Shown: positions 53,330 through 62,778 of the stretch, piece after piece
Layout: the number at the start of each line of letters is the position of its first letter
How positions within the stretch are numbered: the stretch's first letter is position 1
Assembly: GCA_963806225.1 (NCBI GenBank)
Contig: CAWDXG010000004.1
Coordinates: 1,568,001 to 1,632,000, forward strand
Origin: an uncultured delta proteobacterium
GTDB taxonomy: Bacteria > Myxococcota_A > Polyangia > Polyangiales > Polyangiaceae
Reading direction: 5' to 3'
Length of the DNA stretch: 64,000 nucleotides
The notes under the pieces: generated by a model
Seen by the model: only the letters and a program-made list of their open reading frames with translations
The model's database searches: none
Told to the model about the DNA's origin: nothing
Made by a program: the position numbers and the translations under genes

Positions 53330-53922
53330 CAGCTGCTCCGGTCCATGATGCCGCCTCGGCTGCGCGCGGACGGAGCCGGGTAGTCGGAGTACGAGATCCC
53401 CCGGAACATCCCGACCTTCGCGTCCTTGACCGTATAGATGTGCTCGCCATCCACCAGCACACGGCCCGTTCCGATCGCAACGGCTGCGCCCGAGGCCTCG
53501 AGCCGCGAGAAGCGACGGATGTCGACTTCGTAGCGGACCACGCGGTCATGCGGTCGGATCTGCCCGGCAAACTCGACCTCCTTGCAGCCGAGCGCACGGC
53601 CGGAACCGGCCGCCCCCGCGACAGCGCAGTACAGGCCCACCAGCTGCCATATCGCGTCCACGCCGAGACAACCCGGCTGTACCGGATCGCCGCGGAAGTG
53701 GCACTGGAAGAACCAGTCCGTCAGGTGGATGTCCTGCTCGCCGACGATGCGACCTCGCGCACCGTCCCGGCCGAGCTCGACGACGCGGTCGATCATCAGC
53801 ATGGGCGGGGCCGGCAGACGGATGAACTCCTCCGGCGGGTCGGCGACGAGCGTCCCCTGCGAGAGCGCAAGCAGCTCCGCCTGCGCGAAGCTCGTCCGTT
53901 CGACAAATTCAGCGTAGTGCAT
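53329..53922 (-). CDS. fabA: 3-hydroxyacyl-ACP dehydratase/isomerase
   Basis: LPAPPMLMIDRV, WFFQCHFRGDPVQPGCLGVDAIWQL (His/Asp dyad), GRALG. Confidence 0.88.
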   Translation of the reverse strand: MHYAEFVERTSFAQAELLALSQGTLVADPPEEFIRLPAPPMLMIDRVVELGRDGARGRIVGEQDIHLTDWFFQCHFRGDPVQPGCLGVDAIWQLVGLYCAVAGAAGSGRALGCKEVEFAGQIRPHDRVVRYEVDIRRFSRLEASGAAVAIGTGRVLVDGEHIYTVKDAKVGMFRGISYSDYPAPSARSRGGIMDRSS

Positions 53923-54920
53923 CAGTTACCGACCTCGATCCGCAAGCTCGCCCACGTCAGACCCGAGCCAACAACGGCCAACAGCACGACATCGCCGTCG
54001 GAAAGCTCGCTCCAGCGCTGCGAAAGCACCGTTGGCGCCCCGGCAGCGCCGGTATTGCCGAAATCGGCAACGTTGTACAGGTGGCAATCGGAAGCAATCC
54101 CGGCGCGCTGCGCGACGGATTGCAGCATGGTCAGGTTCGCCTGGTGGCCGATGTACAGAACGCGGCCGCCCGTGCTCCCGGCCCGCGCGCGCGCTTCGGG
54201 GAGCATGGCGTTGAGGCTCGAAAGCGACGTCTTGATGGCGAAGCGCTGCACGGCGCTGCCGTCCTGTGCGAAGTGGCCGGAAAGCGGGATGGTCACCAGC
54301 GAACAGCCCGCCGGTGACGACGACATCGACGTGGCCACGACGCGCGTCCGCGCGGGCACCTCCGACGACACGATGGCGGCGCTCGTCCCGTCGCCCCACA
54401 AGACCGCTGCGGATCGATCGCTGTAGTCTATCGCGCGCGTCGAGTTCTCGACGTTGACCACCAGCACATACGGCGGCAGTCGCTGCATCGAAGCGAGCAG
54501 GTGCATCTGCACGCCGAAGCTCGAGCACGCCGAATTCACGTCGAACGCGGGGGCCTCGATGCCGAGCGCCGCGGCCACGCGGCAGGCTTCGGCTGGAATG
54601 AGCATGCCCGGCGTGCAACCGCCGGCGATGACCATCCCGATATCGGACGGCTCCAGGCCGGCCTGCGCCAGGGCCTGCAGCGCCGCTCGACGACCCGTCT
54701 CCGCATTTGAATAGAGTGCCGCCTCGTCGGCCGCCCGCACGTCGGCGTTCCGGGTGTCGCGGATGTAGTCGAGCGGCAGCACCGTGCGGCGCGAGCGGAT
54801 CCCTACGCGCTCGAGGATCCACTCGTCGGTCGTGCCGATGTCGAGCGACTCGAGAAACGCGTTGTCGATGACGTTCTCGGGATGGAAGTGGCCGACTGCG
54901 TGCAGGTACAGCGGATTCAT
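53922..54920 (-). CDS. Ketoacyl-ACP synthase III (FabH-like)
   Basis: DVNSACSSF, GHQAN and GNTGAA give a Cys-His-Asn triad. Confidence 0.9.
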   Translation of the reverse strand: MNPLYLHAVGHFHPENVIDNAFLESLDIGTTDEWILERVGIRSRRTVLPLDYIRDTRNADVRAADEAALYSNAETGRRAALQALAQAGLEPSDIGMVIAGGCTPGMLIPAEACRVAAALGIEAPAFDVNSACSSFGVQMHLLASMQRLPPYVLVVNVENSTRAIDYSDRSAAVLWGDGTSAAIVSSEVPARTRVVATSMSSSPAGCSLVTIPLSGHFAQDGSAVQRFAIKTSLSSLNAMLPEARARAGSTGGRVLYIGHQANLTMLQSVAQRAGIASDCHLYNVADFGNTGAAGAPTVLSQRWSELSDGDVVLLAVVGSGLTWASLRIEVGN

Positions 54921-55735
54921 GTCAGCCCCACGACGTGTTCGCCGCCGTCGACGCGCAGGAGCGCTCCGTTCAACCAGCGCGCCTCGTCCGTGCATAGAAG
55001 GCAGATGAAGTCGGCCACGTCGGCCGGCGTCGTCAGTCGTCCCAGTGGATTCCGCGCGAGCGCAGCCTGCTTCATGCCCTCGCTGCCCGGAATCAGGCGC
55101 AGCGCGGGCGTATCGGTGACGCCAGCCTGCACGACGTTCGAGCGCACGCCGAAGGGCCCGAGCTCGACGGCGATTGCGCGTGACACCGACTCGAGCGCGC
55201 ACTTGGCGGCCGCGACGGCCGCGTAGCCCCGCCAGGCGACCTCGTTGCCCTCGCTCGTCATTCCGATCACCCGCGCGTCATCGGCGAACAGGCCGCGCGC
55301 GAAGATGTCCTGGGTCCAGCTCGCCAGGCTTGTGCCCATGGCGTGGATGGTGCGGGCGAAGTCCTCCTCTTCGAGCACGCCAACGTCGTCGGTGGCTCCG
55401 GGCGCGCGCGCCAGCGGCTTGAGGTTGCCGAAGGCGATCGAATGCAAGAGGAGTCTGACGCGACCATGGTCCCCCATGCGCGCGGCGAGCGCGTCGAGTA
55501 CGCTACCGCGCTTTTCGCTCGACAGCGCGTCGACGTTGAAGGCGGCGAAGCCCACGCCGCTGTCCCGGATGCGGTCGAGCTCGGGCTGGATCCGCGCCAT
55601 CGCGCCCCTGCGATCGCGGTGCACGACCACGACGTTCATGCCGTGCCGCGCGAGCTTCTGTGCGGTCGCGAGGCCAAAGCCGCTCGAGCCACCCAGGATC
55701 AGCGCCCAGTGGTTCTTGTCGAACTCGAGGCTCAT
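54917..55735 (-). CDS. SDR, enoyl-ACP reductase-like (FabI/FabL type)
   Basis: LGGSSGFG, Y-x6-K motif YAAVAAAK, GVTDTPAL, VDGG. Confidence 0.8.
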   Translation of the reverse strand: MSLEFDKNHWALILGGSSGFGLATAQKLARHGMNVVVVHRDRRGAMARIQPELDRIRDSGVGFAAFNVDALSSEKRGSVLDALAARMGDHGRVRLLLHSIAFGNLKPLARAPGATDDVGVLEEEDFARTIHAMGTSLASWTQDIFARGLFADDARVIGMTSEGNEVAWRGYAAVAAAKCALESVSRAIAVELGPFGVRSNVVQAGVTDTPALRLIPGSEGMKQAALARNPLGRLTTPADVADFICLLCTDEARWLNGALLRVDGGEHVVGLT

Positions 55736-56685
55736 GTGGAAAGACCCCTCTCTGCCGTCCGCACCGAGACGACCGACGTGACCTCGCGGTCGAGGGCACG
55801 GAAGAAGCGCCCGAGCGGTCGGCCCGGACCGACTTCGACGATCTTCGTGGCAACTTCCGAGAGCGCGCGCATGTTCGCGATCCAGTCGACGGTCGCGCCG
55901 ATCTGGTGCGTCAGCGCGTCGATGATCGCCTCGCGTTTGGGCCGGTGGAAGCCGCCGGTCAGGTTCGATGTCACGACGCCCGCTCGCTCCGGAACAATAT
56001 GCGCGGCGACAGCGGCGAGCGCGTCGCGGAAGGCGGGCTCGATGCCGCGCATCAAGCGCGAATGGAACGGGGCACTCACGTTCAGCGGCACGAGCTCGCC
56101 GTCGACGAGGCTCTCGCCGAGGCGTGCCGTCGCGCGCTCGATCGAAGGCGCCAAGCCGGAGAGAACGACCTGCCCGGGCGCGTTCAAGTTGGCAACGTCC
56201 ACCTCGAGATCGGCGAGCTCGGCGCCGAGATCCCGCTCTGCAATACCCTCCGCCAGAACCGCCGTCATGGCACCCGTACCGAGCGGAACCGCGCGCTGCA
56301 TCAGGGCCCCACGCTCCCGCACAAGGCGTACGGCCGTGGCGAGCGGAATCGCGCCGGCCGCGCAAAGGGCCGCGTACTCGCCGAGGCTGTGGCCCCCGAA
56401 GTAGCTAGGGACGAGCCCGAACCCGGTCTCGAGCGCCCGCAGCATGGCGATCTCGCATGTCAGAAGCGCCGGCTGGGTGAACTCGGTCTGGTCGAGCCTC
56501 GGATCCTCTGCTGCGAAGCAGATGCCCGCGACGTCCCAGCCGAGCGCCTCGCTGGCTTCCGCAAAGACCTCGCGCGAGGCCGCGAACTGATCGTGGAAGT
56601 CGCGCGCCATCCCGGGTTTCTGGCTGCCCTGGCCGGGGAAGACGACAGCAACGACCGAGCCCGTCTGGGTGCGGTCCGTAAGCAT
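55732..56685 (-). CDS. fabD: Malonyl-CoA:ACP transacylase
   Basis: FPGQGSQ, TQPAL, GHSLGE, SAPFHS. Confidence 0.92.
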   Translation of the reverse strand: MLTDRTQTGSVVAVVFPGQGSQKPGMARDFHDQFAASREVFAEASEALGWDVAGICFAAEDPRLDQTEFTQPALLTCEIAMLRALETGFGLVPSYFGGHSLGEYAALCAAGAIPLATAVRLVRERGALMQRAVPLGTGAMTAVLAEGIAERDLGAELADLEVDVANLNAPGQVVLSGLAPSIERATARLGESLVDGELVPLNVSAPFHSRLMRGIEPAFRDALAAVAAHIVPERAGVVTSNLTGGFHRPKREAIIDALTHQIGATVDWIANMRALSEVATKIVEVGPGRPLGRFFRALDREVTSVVSVRTAERGLST

Positions 56686-56712
56686 CGAGTCCTTCTGCTA
56701 CCACTCGTTCTG

Positions 56713-57483
56713 TCACGCGTCTGTCACGGCTTGACCAGCTTGCGCGCAGAAGTAGCGGTCCTCCATGGCTTTCAGGGTGCCGATGACCTGCCGCGCGAGG
56801 TCCCGGGACGCCCTGAGCCCCGTGTGGGCGGTCGTCGGCTCGATCAGCTCCACCGACAGGTGCAGGGTGTCTCCCCGCGCCGGGGCCTGGCCCCACGTCT
56901 CCTGCCGCTCGCCGCGCAGGTAGGCGCAGATGACCTGGGGCCGGTCGAGCTCGCGCAGGATGTGACCGACCCCATAGGTCACGTCCTGGGGCTCGATGCG
57001 CCCCGTCCGGCTGCGTCCACCCTCCGGAAAGATGGTGCAGACTTCGCCGTGGCGGACCAGGTCCCGAACCTGTGACAGCACCCGGTCGTGATGCTGTGCG
57101 TCACCCGCACGATCGATGGGAATGCATTTGCCGAGGAAAATCAGCGTCCGCAGCAGCCGACTGCGACTGAAGTTCTCGACCGCCGGCAGGTTCCACGAGA
57201 AGCGGCGGAAGTCGGCCCAGTACTCCGGGAGCGATGCCAGGCCGTGGTGCAGATAGAGCGAGTCGTACATCGTCAGGTGGTTGGCGCAGACGATGGTCGG
57301 CCGGCCCGTGGCCAGCGCGCGCCGATAGAGCTGCCGTGCAGCCGGCAGCCCGACGATGCGGTGACCGCGCAGGACGCGCATGTAGAAGACCGCGCCGGGA
57401 CCGATGATCGGAAATGCGAGCCAACCGATGCGCGACTGGCGGCTGAGCGCGTGGCGGTCCTCGGAGCTGGGCGCGGCGTCCAT
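56713..57483 (-). CDS. PlsC-like lysophospholipid acyltransferase
   Basis: ANHLTMYD (HxxxxD), IPIDR, FPEGGRS. Confidence 0.88.
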   Translation of the reverse strand: MDAAPSSEDRHALSRQSRIGWLAFPIIGPGAVFYMRVLRGHRIVGLPAARQLYRRALATGRPTIVCANHLTMYDSLYLHHGLASLPEYWADFRRFSWNLPAVENFSRSRLLRTLIFLGKCIPIDRAGDAQHHDRVLSQVRDLVRHGEVCTIFPEGGRSRTGRIEPQDVTYGVGHILRELDRPQVICAYLRGERQETWGQAPARGDTLHLSVELIEPTTAHTGLRASRDLARQVIGTLKAMEDRYFCAQAGQAVTDA

Positions 57484-57585
57484 GCGGGTACGCCGGAGGC
57501 TGCCACGGATCGCGGCCCGAAGGAAAAGACCCAGCGGTCGCCTCACGCTTTGAACTCGATCCTTCGAGGGGATAGCCTCGGCCCC

Positions 57586-58545
57586 ATGTTGGCGCTGCTA
57601 CTCGACGGCGAGCCGCGGCTCGTCACGGACCATCCGCTCCCGCGGCGCGAACCGGGCGAGGCGCTCATCGACGTGCGGCTCGCGGGCGTGTGCGACACGG
57701 ATCTACAGCTCGCCCGCGGCTACATGGGCTATCGCGGCGTGCTGGGGCACGAGTTCGTGGGCACGGTGCTGGAGGCGGACAGCGAGCACTGGCGGGGGCG
57801 GCGCGTGGTGGCGGACATCAACGCCGGATGCGGCGAATGCGACGACTGCCGCGAGCGCGACGGGCACCACTGCGCGCGGCGCAGCGTGCTCGGCATCCTG
57901 GCACGCGACGGCGCGCTGGCCGAACAGCTGGTGATGCCCGAACGCTGTCTGGTGGCAGTGCCGGACAGCGTGCCCGACGAGCAGGCCGTGTTCGCCGAGC
58001 CGCTGGCTGCCGCGCTGCACGTGCTGGACGAGCTCGAAGACGGCCGGGGCCCGGTCGTGGTGCTCGGCGACGGCAAGCTCGGCACGCTGATCGCACTCGG
58101 CCTCCGCGGCGCAGGCGTCGAGGTGGCGATCGTGGGGCATCACCGGGAAAAGCTCGAGCTCTCCGCCCGCGCCGGCGCGCGGACCTTCCTCGAGTCGGAG
58201 CTCGGGGACGCCCTTTCGGGCGTACCGATGGTGGTGGAAGCGACGGGCAGCGCGAGCGGGCTCGAGCGTGCACTCTCGCTGGTGCAGCCGCGCGGCACCG
58301 TGGTGGTGAAGACAACCGTTGCCGGCCCCGTCGAGGTGGACCTGTCGCCGATCGTTGTCGAGGAGCTGCGTCTCGTCGGCTCGCGCTGCGGCAACATGCA
58401 GCGCGCCGTCGATCTGCTTGCCGAGGGGCGCGTCGACCCCACGCCGCTGATCCACGCGCGCTATCCGCTCTCGCAGGCCGACCAGGCGCTGGCGCGCGCC
58501 GGCGAGCGCGGCACACTCAAGGTGCTCGTGGAAGGGGCAGGCTAG
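57586..58545 (+). CDS. Zinc-dependent alcohol dehydrogenase (MDR)
   Basis: GVCDTD, GHEFVG, CGECDDC..HC, GDGKLG. Confidence 0.9.
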   Translation: MLALLLDGEPRLVTDHPLPRREPGEALIDVRLAGVCDTDLQLARGYMGYRGVLGHEFVGTVLEADSEHWRGRRVVADINAGCGECDDCRERDGHHCARRSVLGILARDGALAEQLVMPERCLVAVPDSVPDEQAVFAEPLAAALHVLDELEDGRGPVVVLGDGKLGTLIALGLRGAGVEVAIVGHHREKLELSARAGARTFLESELGDALSGVPMVVEATGSASGLERALSLVQPRGTVVVKTTVAGPVEVDLSPIVVEELRLVGSRCGNMQRAVDLLAEGRVDPTPLIHARYPLSQADQALARAGERGTLKVLVEGAG

Positions 58546-58547
58546 CC

Positions 58548-58979
58548 ATGTCCGGAGCGCTCGTCATCACACCGCACATCGTGATTCCCGCGGCCGAGCT
58601 CGCGTGGACGGCGGTGCGCGCGTCGGGGCCGGGCGGGCAGAACGTCAACAAGGTCGCGTCCAAGGTCGAGCTCCGCTTCGATCTGCCGAATACGAAGGCG
58701 CTCCCGGCAGCGGTCAAGGCGCGGCTCGCGCGCCTGGCGGAAAACCGCCTCGACGCCGACGGCTGCATCCTGCTCACGAGCCAGCTCACCCGCGACCAGC
58801 GCCAGAACCTGGAAGACGCGCGCGAGAAGCTCGCGGACCTGGTGCGCCTCGCGCTGGTCCCGCCCAAGCGCCGCCGCGCCACGCGCCCCACTCGCTCGTC
58901 GCAGAGAAAGCGCGTCGAGCAGAAGCGCAAACACTCGGAAAAGAAGCAGACTCGCGGGCGCGTGCGGCGGGAAGATTGA
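58548..58979 (+). CDS. arfB: Alternative ribosome-rescue peptidyl-tRNA hydrolase
   Basis: RASGPGGQNVNKV and a basic tail, RRATRPTRSS..K..SEKK..R. Confidence 0.93.
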   Translation: MSGALVITPHIVIPAAELAWTAVRASGPGGQNVNKVASKVELRFDLPNTKALPAAVKARLARLAENRLDADGCILLTSQLTRDQRQNLEDAREKLADLVRLALVPPKRRRATRPTRSSQRKRVEQKRKHSEKKQTRGRVRRED

Positions 58980-59017
58980 ACCTTGAGGCGGGCGGGGGTT
59001 CCGCATAGGTTCTGCGC

Positions 59018-60535
59018 ATGCGCCTGCGCCTGCGCGAGCTGCTGCTTGTCCTGCCCGCGCTGTGGGCCGCCGGACAGGCCTGCACGCTGGACAAGGAGGC
59101 GACCGGGACGGGGCAATCGGGCTTGCCCGATGCGGGCGCTGATCACAGCGCGGATGCTCCCGCCGGCGAGGGCCAGGCGGGTGCGGGGGGCACGGCGGGC
59201 AGCGGCGGCATCGCGGGCAGCGGCGGCATCGCAGGCAGCGGCGGCATCGCGGGCAGCGGCGGCATCGCGGGCAGCGGCGGCACGGGCGGCCTGTCCCCGA
59301 CCTTGTGTGCCGATTGCCCCGCGTCGCAGTGCAGTCCGGGCGAGGCTTGTGTGGTGCTGGATGCGAACAGCGGCGCAGGCGGGCAGGGAGGCGCCGCCGA
59401 CGCCGGCGTGGACGGGAGCAGCGGCCAGACCGGTGCGGACGCCAGCGCTGCCGACGCCGGCGACGCCAGCGTGACCGACGCCGGCAGCGCTCCGAAGGCG
59501 GCGTGTCTGCCGCGCTGCGCTCTGGCATCACCGTCGTGCCCCGCCGGATTCACCTGCAAGTCGCTCGGTGGCGCGAGCCCGGTCTGCTATCCCGACGACC
59601 CGGCGCACTGCGTCGAAAACCAGCCCGTCGGCGGAAGCTGCAGCGGCGACTGGCAGTGCAGCTCGGGCCACTGCGACAACGGCTTCTGTTGTGCAAGCGG
59701 CGTGTGCTGCGCGGCGTCGGCGGACTGCCCCGGCAGCACGGCCACCTGTACGGATCCAGCGAAGTGCCAGGGCACCCGCACCGGACAGATCTGCCAGTCC
59801 CACCAATGCGTCGCGGGCAGCGAGGACGACGACTCGGCCTGCGTTCCGAGCCTGGGGACGCTTTCCTGCGGAACCTACCGCGATGTGGCGTGCACCGGGG
59901 CTATCGACCAGACGGCTCCCGCATGCGCGACCAGCTGCACCAGCGATTCGGAGTGCCTTGCCCCCGCGACCTGCAACCTCGGGCACTGCTGCGCTCCCGG
60001 CAGCTTCGATTTCGACGGCGATCCCTCCACCTGCGAGTGCGCGAGCACGCCGCTGGTCGGACAGGGCACGAGCTGCAGCGGCGCCCTCGACCTGGGCGAC
60101 CTCGCGGACACGGGCCAGTCGGTCACCGTCTCGGGGAACCTGCTGCCTGATCGCGAGATCTGGTACCGGTTTTACGCCGTCGACACGCCGGACACCAGCT
60201 GCGACAACTTCCACGTCCGGATCCACTTCCTGACGAATCCGGGAAGCGGCTACCAGTTCCTCGTGTTCCGAGGAACCTGCAGCAACGCCGAGTGCGCAAG
60301 CACGGGCGGCACCGACTATGAGTGGGCGACCGACATGCGCCGGACGATCTCCGGAGTGCTGAGCGGCCAGTGCCCCTGCACGGCGCCCGGGGCCAGCCCG
60401 ATGCAGGACGTGTCGACGTGCGACGACGACTCCGCCGACTACTTCATCCAGGTGAAGATGAAAGCGGGCTACACGCCGACGAGCTGCAACGAGTACGTGC
60501 TCGAGATGTCGAACGGCCTGTACAGCACGCCCTGA
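59018..60535 (+). CDS. Cys-rich secreted protein or lipoprotein with SGGIAG linker
   Basis: Signal ending AGQAC, GSGGIA repeats, and many disulfide-type Cys repeats. Confidence 0.75.
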   Translation: MRLRLRELLLVLPALWAAGQACTLDKEATGTGQSGLPDAGADHSADAPAGEGQAGAGGTAGSGGIAGSGGIAGSGGIAGSGGIAGSGGTGGLSPTLCADCPASQCSPGEACVVLDANSGAGGQGGAADAGVDGSSGQTGADASAADAGDASVTDAGSAPKAACLPRCALASPSCPAGFTCKSLGGASPVCYPDDPAHCVENQPVGGSCSGDWQCSSGHCDNGFCCASGVCCAASADCPGSTATCTDPAKCQGTRTGQICQSHQCVAGSEDDDSACVPSLGTLSCGTYRDVACTGAIDQTAPACATSCTSDSECLAPATCNLGHCCAPGSFDFDGDPSTCECASTPLVGQGTSCSGALDLGDLADTGQSVTVSGNLLPDREIWYRFYAVDTPDTSCDNFHVRIHFLTNPGSGYQFLVFRGTCSNAECASTGGTDYEWATDMRRTISGVLSGQCPCTAPGASPMQDVSTCDDDSADYFIQVKMKAGYTPTSCNEYVLEMSNGLYSTP

Positions 60536-60549
60536 GCAAGCGCGCTCTG

Positions 60550-61836
60550 CTACAGCCCGGCGAACACCTGCAAAGGCCGGTACACGCGCGCGGCCCAGGC
60601 GGCTTCATTGTGCTGTGCGCCGCTCTGCCAGTGGTAGAAAACGTCCTTTCCGTCGGTGTAACCGACGGAAAGCAGCGTGGTGTGCATCTGCTGGTTCTCG
60701 CAGTAGTTGTCGCTCGCGTTCGGGTCGTCGTCGAAGATGCCGTCGCCGTCGGAGTCGACGCAGCTCCCGCTGCCGCCCGAATCGACGTACAGCACCGGCG
60801 CCTGGTGCCCCGCGTCGCGATAGCGCTCGATCATCGTCTGGTTGTGCGTAGCCGGGTCGATGCTGCCCCAGCCCAGCGTTCCCGACAGGCTGGCGGCGAA
60901 GCGGAACTCGTTCGGGTAGCGGTAGGCGATCTCGAGGCTCACCAGTCCGCCGAGCGACGAGCCCATCAGGCCGACCGGGCCAGGCTCGCCGTACTGCTTC
61001 TGGATCAACGGGCGCACCGTGCTTTCGACGAAGTCGGCATACGCGTCGGCCTGGCCGCCTACGGTCTGCCCACTGATCACGTCGGGCACCTGCGTGTACT
61101 CGTCCATCCGGGCCGGTGTGTTGTCGATACCGATCACGAGCATGCCCGGCGGCAGACTGTCCTGTAGCTTCCATCCGCCCCACGGTGCCGCGGGGTCGAA
61201 CAGGTTCTGGCCGTCCTCCGCGTAGAGCTCGTGCGTCACCGGCGGCGCCGGAACGTAGACGCGCACCGTGCGCGCCTGCATCGCCGCGTCGCCAACCTGG
61301 AAGTAGCGGTCGAGATGCGGCGGCGCGGGCGCGACTACGCTCATCTCGCCGTTGTTGTCGTACGTGTACGAGCGCGACCAGGGATCGGCCTTGTACGTCG
61401 TACCGTCGGTGAACTTGTAGTGATCGTCCTTTGGAACTGCCAGGACGACCCACGAGAAGCCGGCGTCCTGGTGCATCGCAGTTCCGGCCCAGCCGTCGTG
61501 ATCGCCGGCTACACGCGCCAGCGCCGTGTCGGTCGAGACGAACAGCTCGCCACCCTCCACCGGCAGTGGCCAGCCATCCGTGCGCGAATGCTCCAACATA
61601 CCCTGTTGCAGGTCGGCCCGCAGGGCCGCGAGCACCTCGTCGAGACGCGACACGCCTGCTTCGACATCCGATGACGCATCCGGCGGCCCGCTGTCCTGCG
61701 GAACCGCCCCGTCGCTCGCGCCCGCCGACCCGCCACTGCCCCCCGCCGACCCGCCCGCTCCCGATGCGTCTCCCTTCGCTGGCGCACAGGAAGCGGCCAG
61801 CAGGACTACCGGAAGAACGAGGGCCGGAATGCGCAT
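60550..61836 (-). CDS. Alpha/beta-hydrolase esterase lipoprotein (IroE/Fes-like superfamily)
   Basis: Lipobox AASC, DGQNLF, GSSLGG, HNEAAWAAR. Confidence 0.82.
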   Translation of the reverse strand: MRIPALVLPVVLLAASCAPAKGDASGAGGSAGGSGGSAGASDGAVPQDSGPPDASSDVEAGVSRLDEVLAALRADLQQGMLEHSRTDGWPLPVEGGELFVSTDTALARVAGDHDGWAGTAMHQDAGFSWVVLAVPKDDHYKFTDGTTYKADPWSRSYTYDNNGEMSVVAPAPPHLDRYFQVGDAAMQARTVRVYVPAPPVTHELYAEDGQNLFDPAAPWGGWKLQDSLPPGMLVIGIDNTPARMDEYTQVPDVISGQTVGGQADAYADFVESTVRPLIQKQYGEPGPVGLMGSSLGGLVSLEIAYRYPNEFRFAASLSGTLGWGSIDPATHNQTMIERYRDAGHQAPVLYVDSGGSGSCVDSDGDGIFDDDPNASDNYCENQQMHTTLLSVGYTDGKDVFYHWQSGAQHNEAAWAARVYRPLQVFAGL

Positions 61837-61896
61837 CGGCAGCGACTGTAGCGCACAGTCTCCCGGCAGTGCTGTCGGGAGCGCTCGCTCCGGAGC

Positions 61897-62661
61897 TCAG
61901 TGCTTGTGCTTGGCGCCAGGCTTCACCGTGAAGTCCAGCGTGACCGGACTGCCGGCGCTCACGGTCACCGACTGTGTCACGGTCGGCGCACGCGGTACCC
62001 AGACCGTCGCCTTGTACGTGCCGGGCGGCACGTCCCCGATGGCGTACGCGCCATTGGAATCGATCTTGCCGAAAGAGGTCGACGGGATGACGAGCACGTA
62101 GCCGAGCATCTCCGGATGGATGTTGCAGAGCAGGGCGATGGGCCCCGGCGAGTCGAAGGTCTTCGTCACCGGATGGCCATGCTTCAACATGCCCGTATCC
62201 CAACCCTTGACGTTCGGCGAAAAGATATGGTGGTCGACGGTATCCGTGTTGGAAAAAGAAGCCGTGCCCCCCGCGGTCAGCACGGAGATGAAGGGCAGGA
62301 ACTTCTTCTTGTGGATGATGACATCCGCCTGCATCAGCGCGCCGGGCTGCTTGGGCGAGTCTTCGAGGTAGACAACGCCACCGAGCGGCGACGGCTTCTT
62401 GGTGGTCGACATCAGGACAGTGCCGACGATGCTCGGGTGCTCGGGCGCTGCCGGCTTGGCCGCTTCCGCGGACGCGGCGGGTGCGGCGGACCCGGTGGGC
62501 GCAGCGGGTGCGCCGGACGCGGCGGGTGCCGCAGGCGCGGCGGGCGCCGCAGGCGGCGGGGGGGCGACCGGCTGCGGCTCCGGGTTGCAACCGGAAACAG
62601 CAGCGGCGAGGGCGAAGGGAGCGCAAATCGCGACGAACGGGCGGGAAGGATGGGAAGTCAT
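61897..62661 (-). CDS. Cupredoxin-like lipoprotein with carboxypeptidase-regulatory-like segment
   Basis: Lipobox VSGC; NTDTVDHHI and CNIHPEM give a type-1 Cu ligand pattern; DVPPGTY. Confidence 0.75.
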   Translation of the reverse strand: MTSHPSRPFVAICAPFALAAAVSGCNPEPQPVAPPPPAAPAAPAAPAASGAPAAPTGSAAPAASAEAAKPAAPEHPSIVGTVLMSTTKKPSPLGGVVYLEDSPKQPGALMQADVIIHKKKFLPFISVLTAGGTASFSNTDTVDHHIFSPNVKGWDTGMLKHGHPVTKTFDSPGPIALLCNIHPEMLGYVLVIPSTSFGKIDSNGAYAIGDVPPGTYKATVWVPRAPTVTQSVTVSAGSPVTLDFTVKPGAKHKH

Positions 62662-62778
62662 GTTGAGCTGGAGCAATAGTCGGCCGCTCTGCCGAAACCA
62701 AGGGAACGCGCAAAGCCCGCTTGATAGGCATCATATTCTGCTAGATTTTGCCTCTTTTCCGCGTGGATGTGGCGGGGG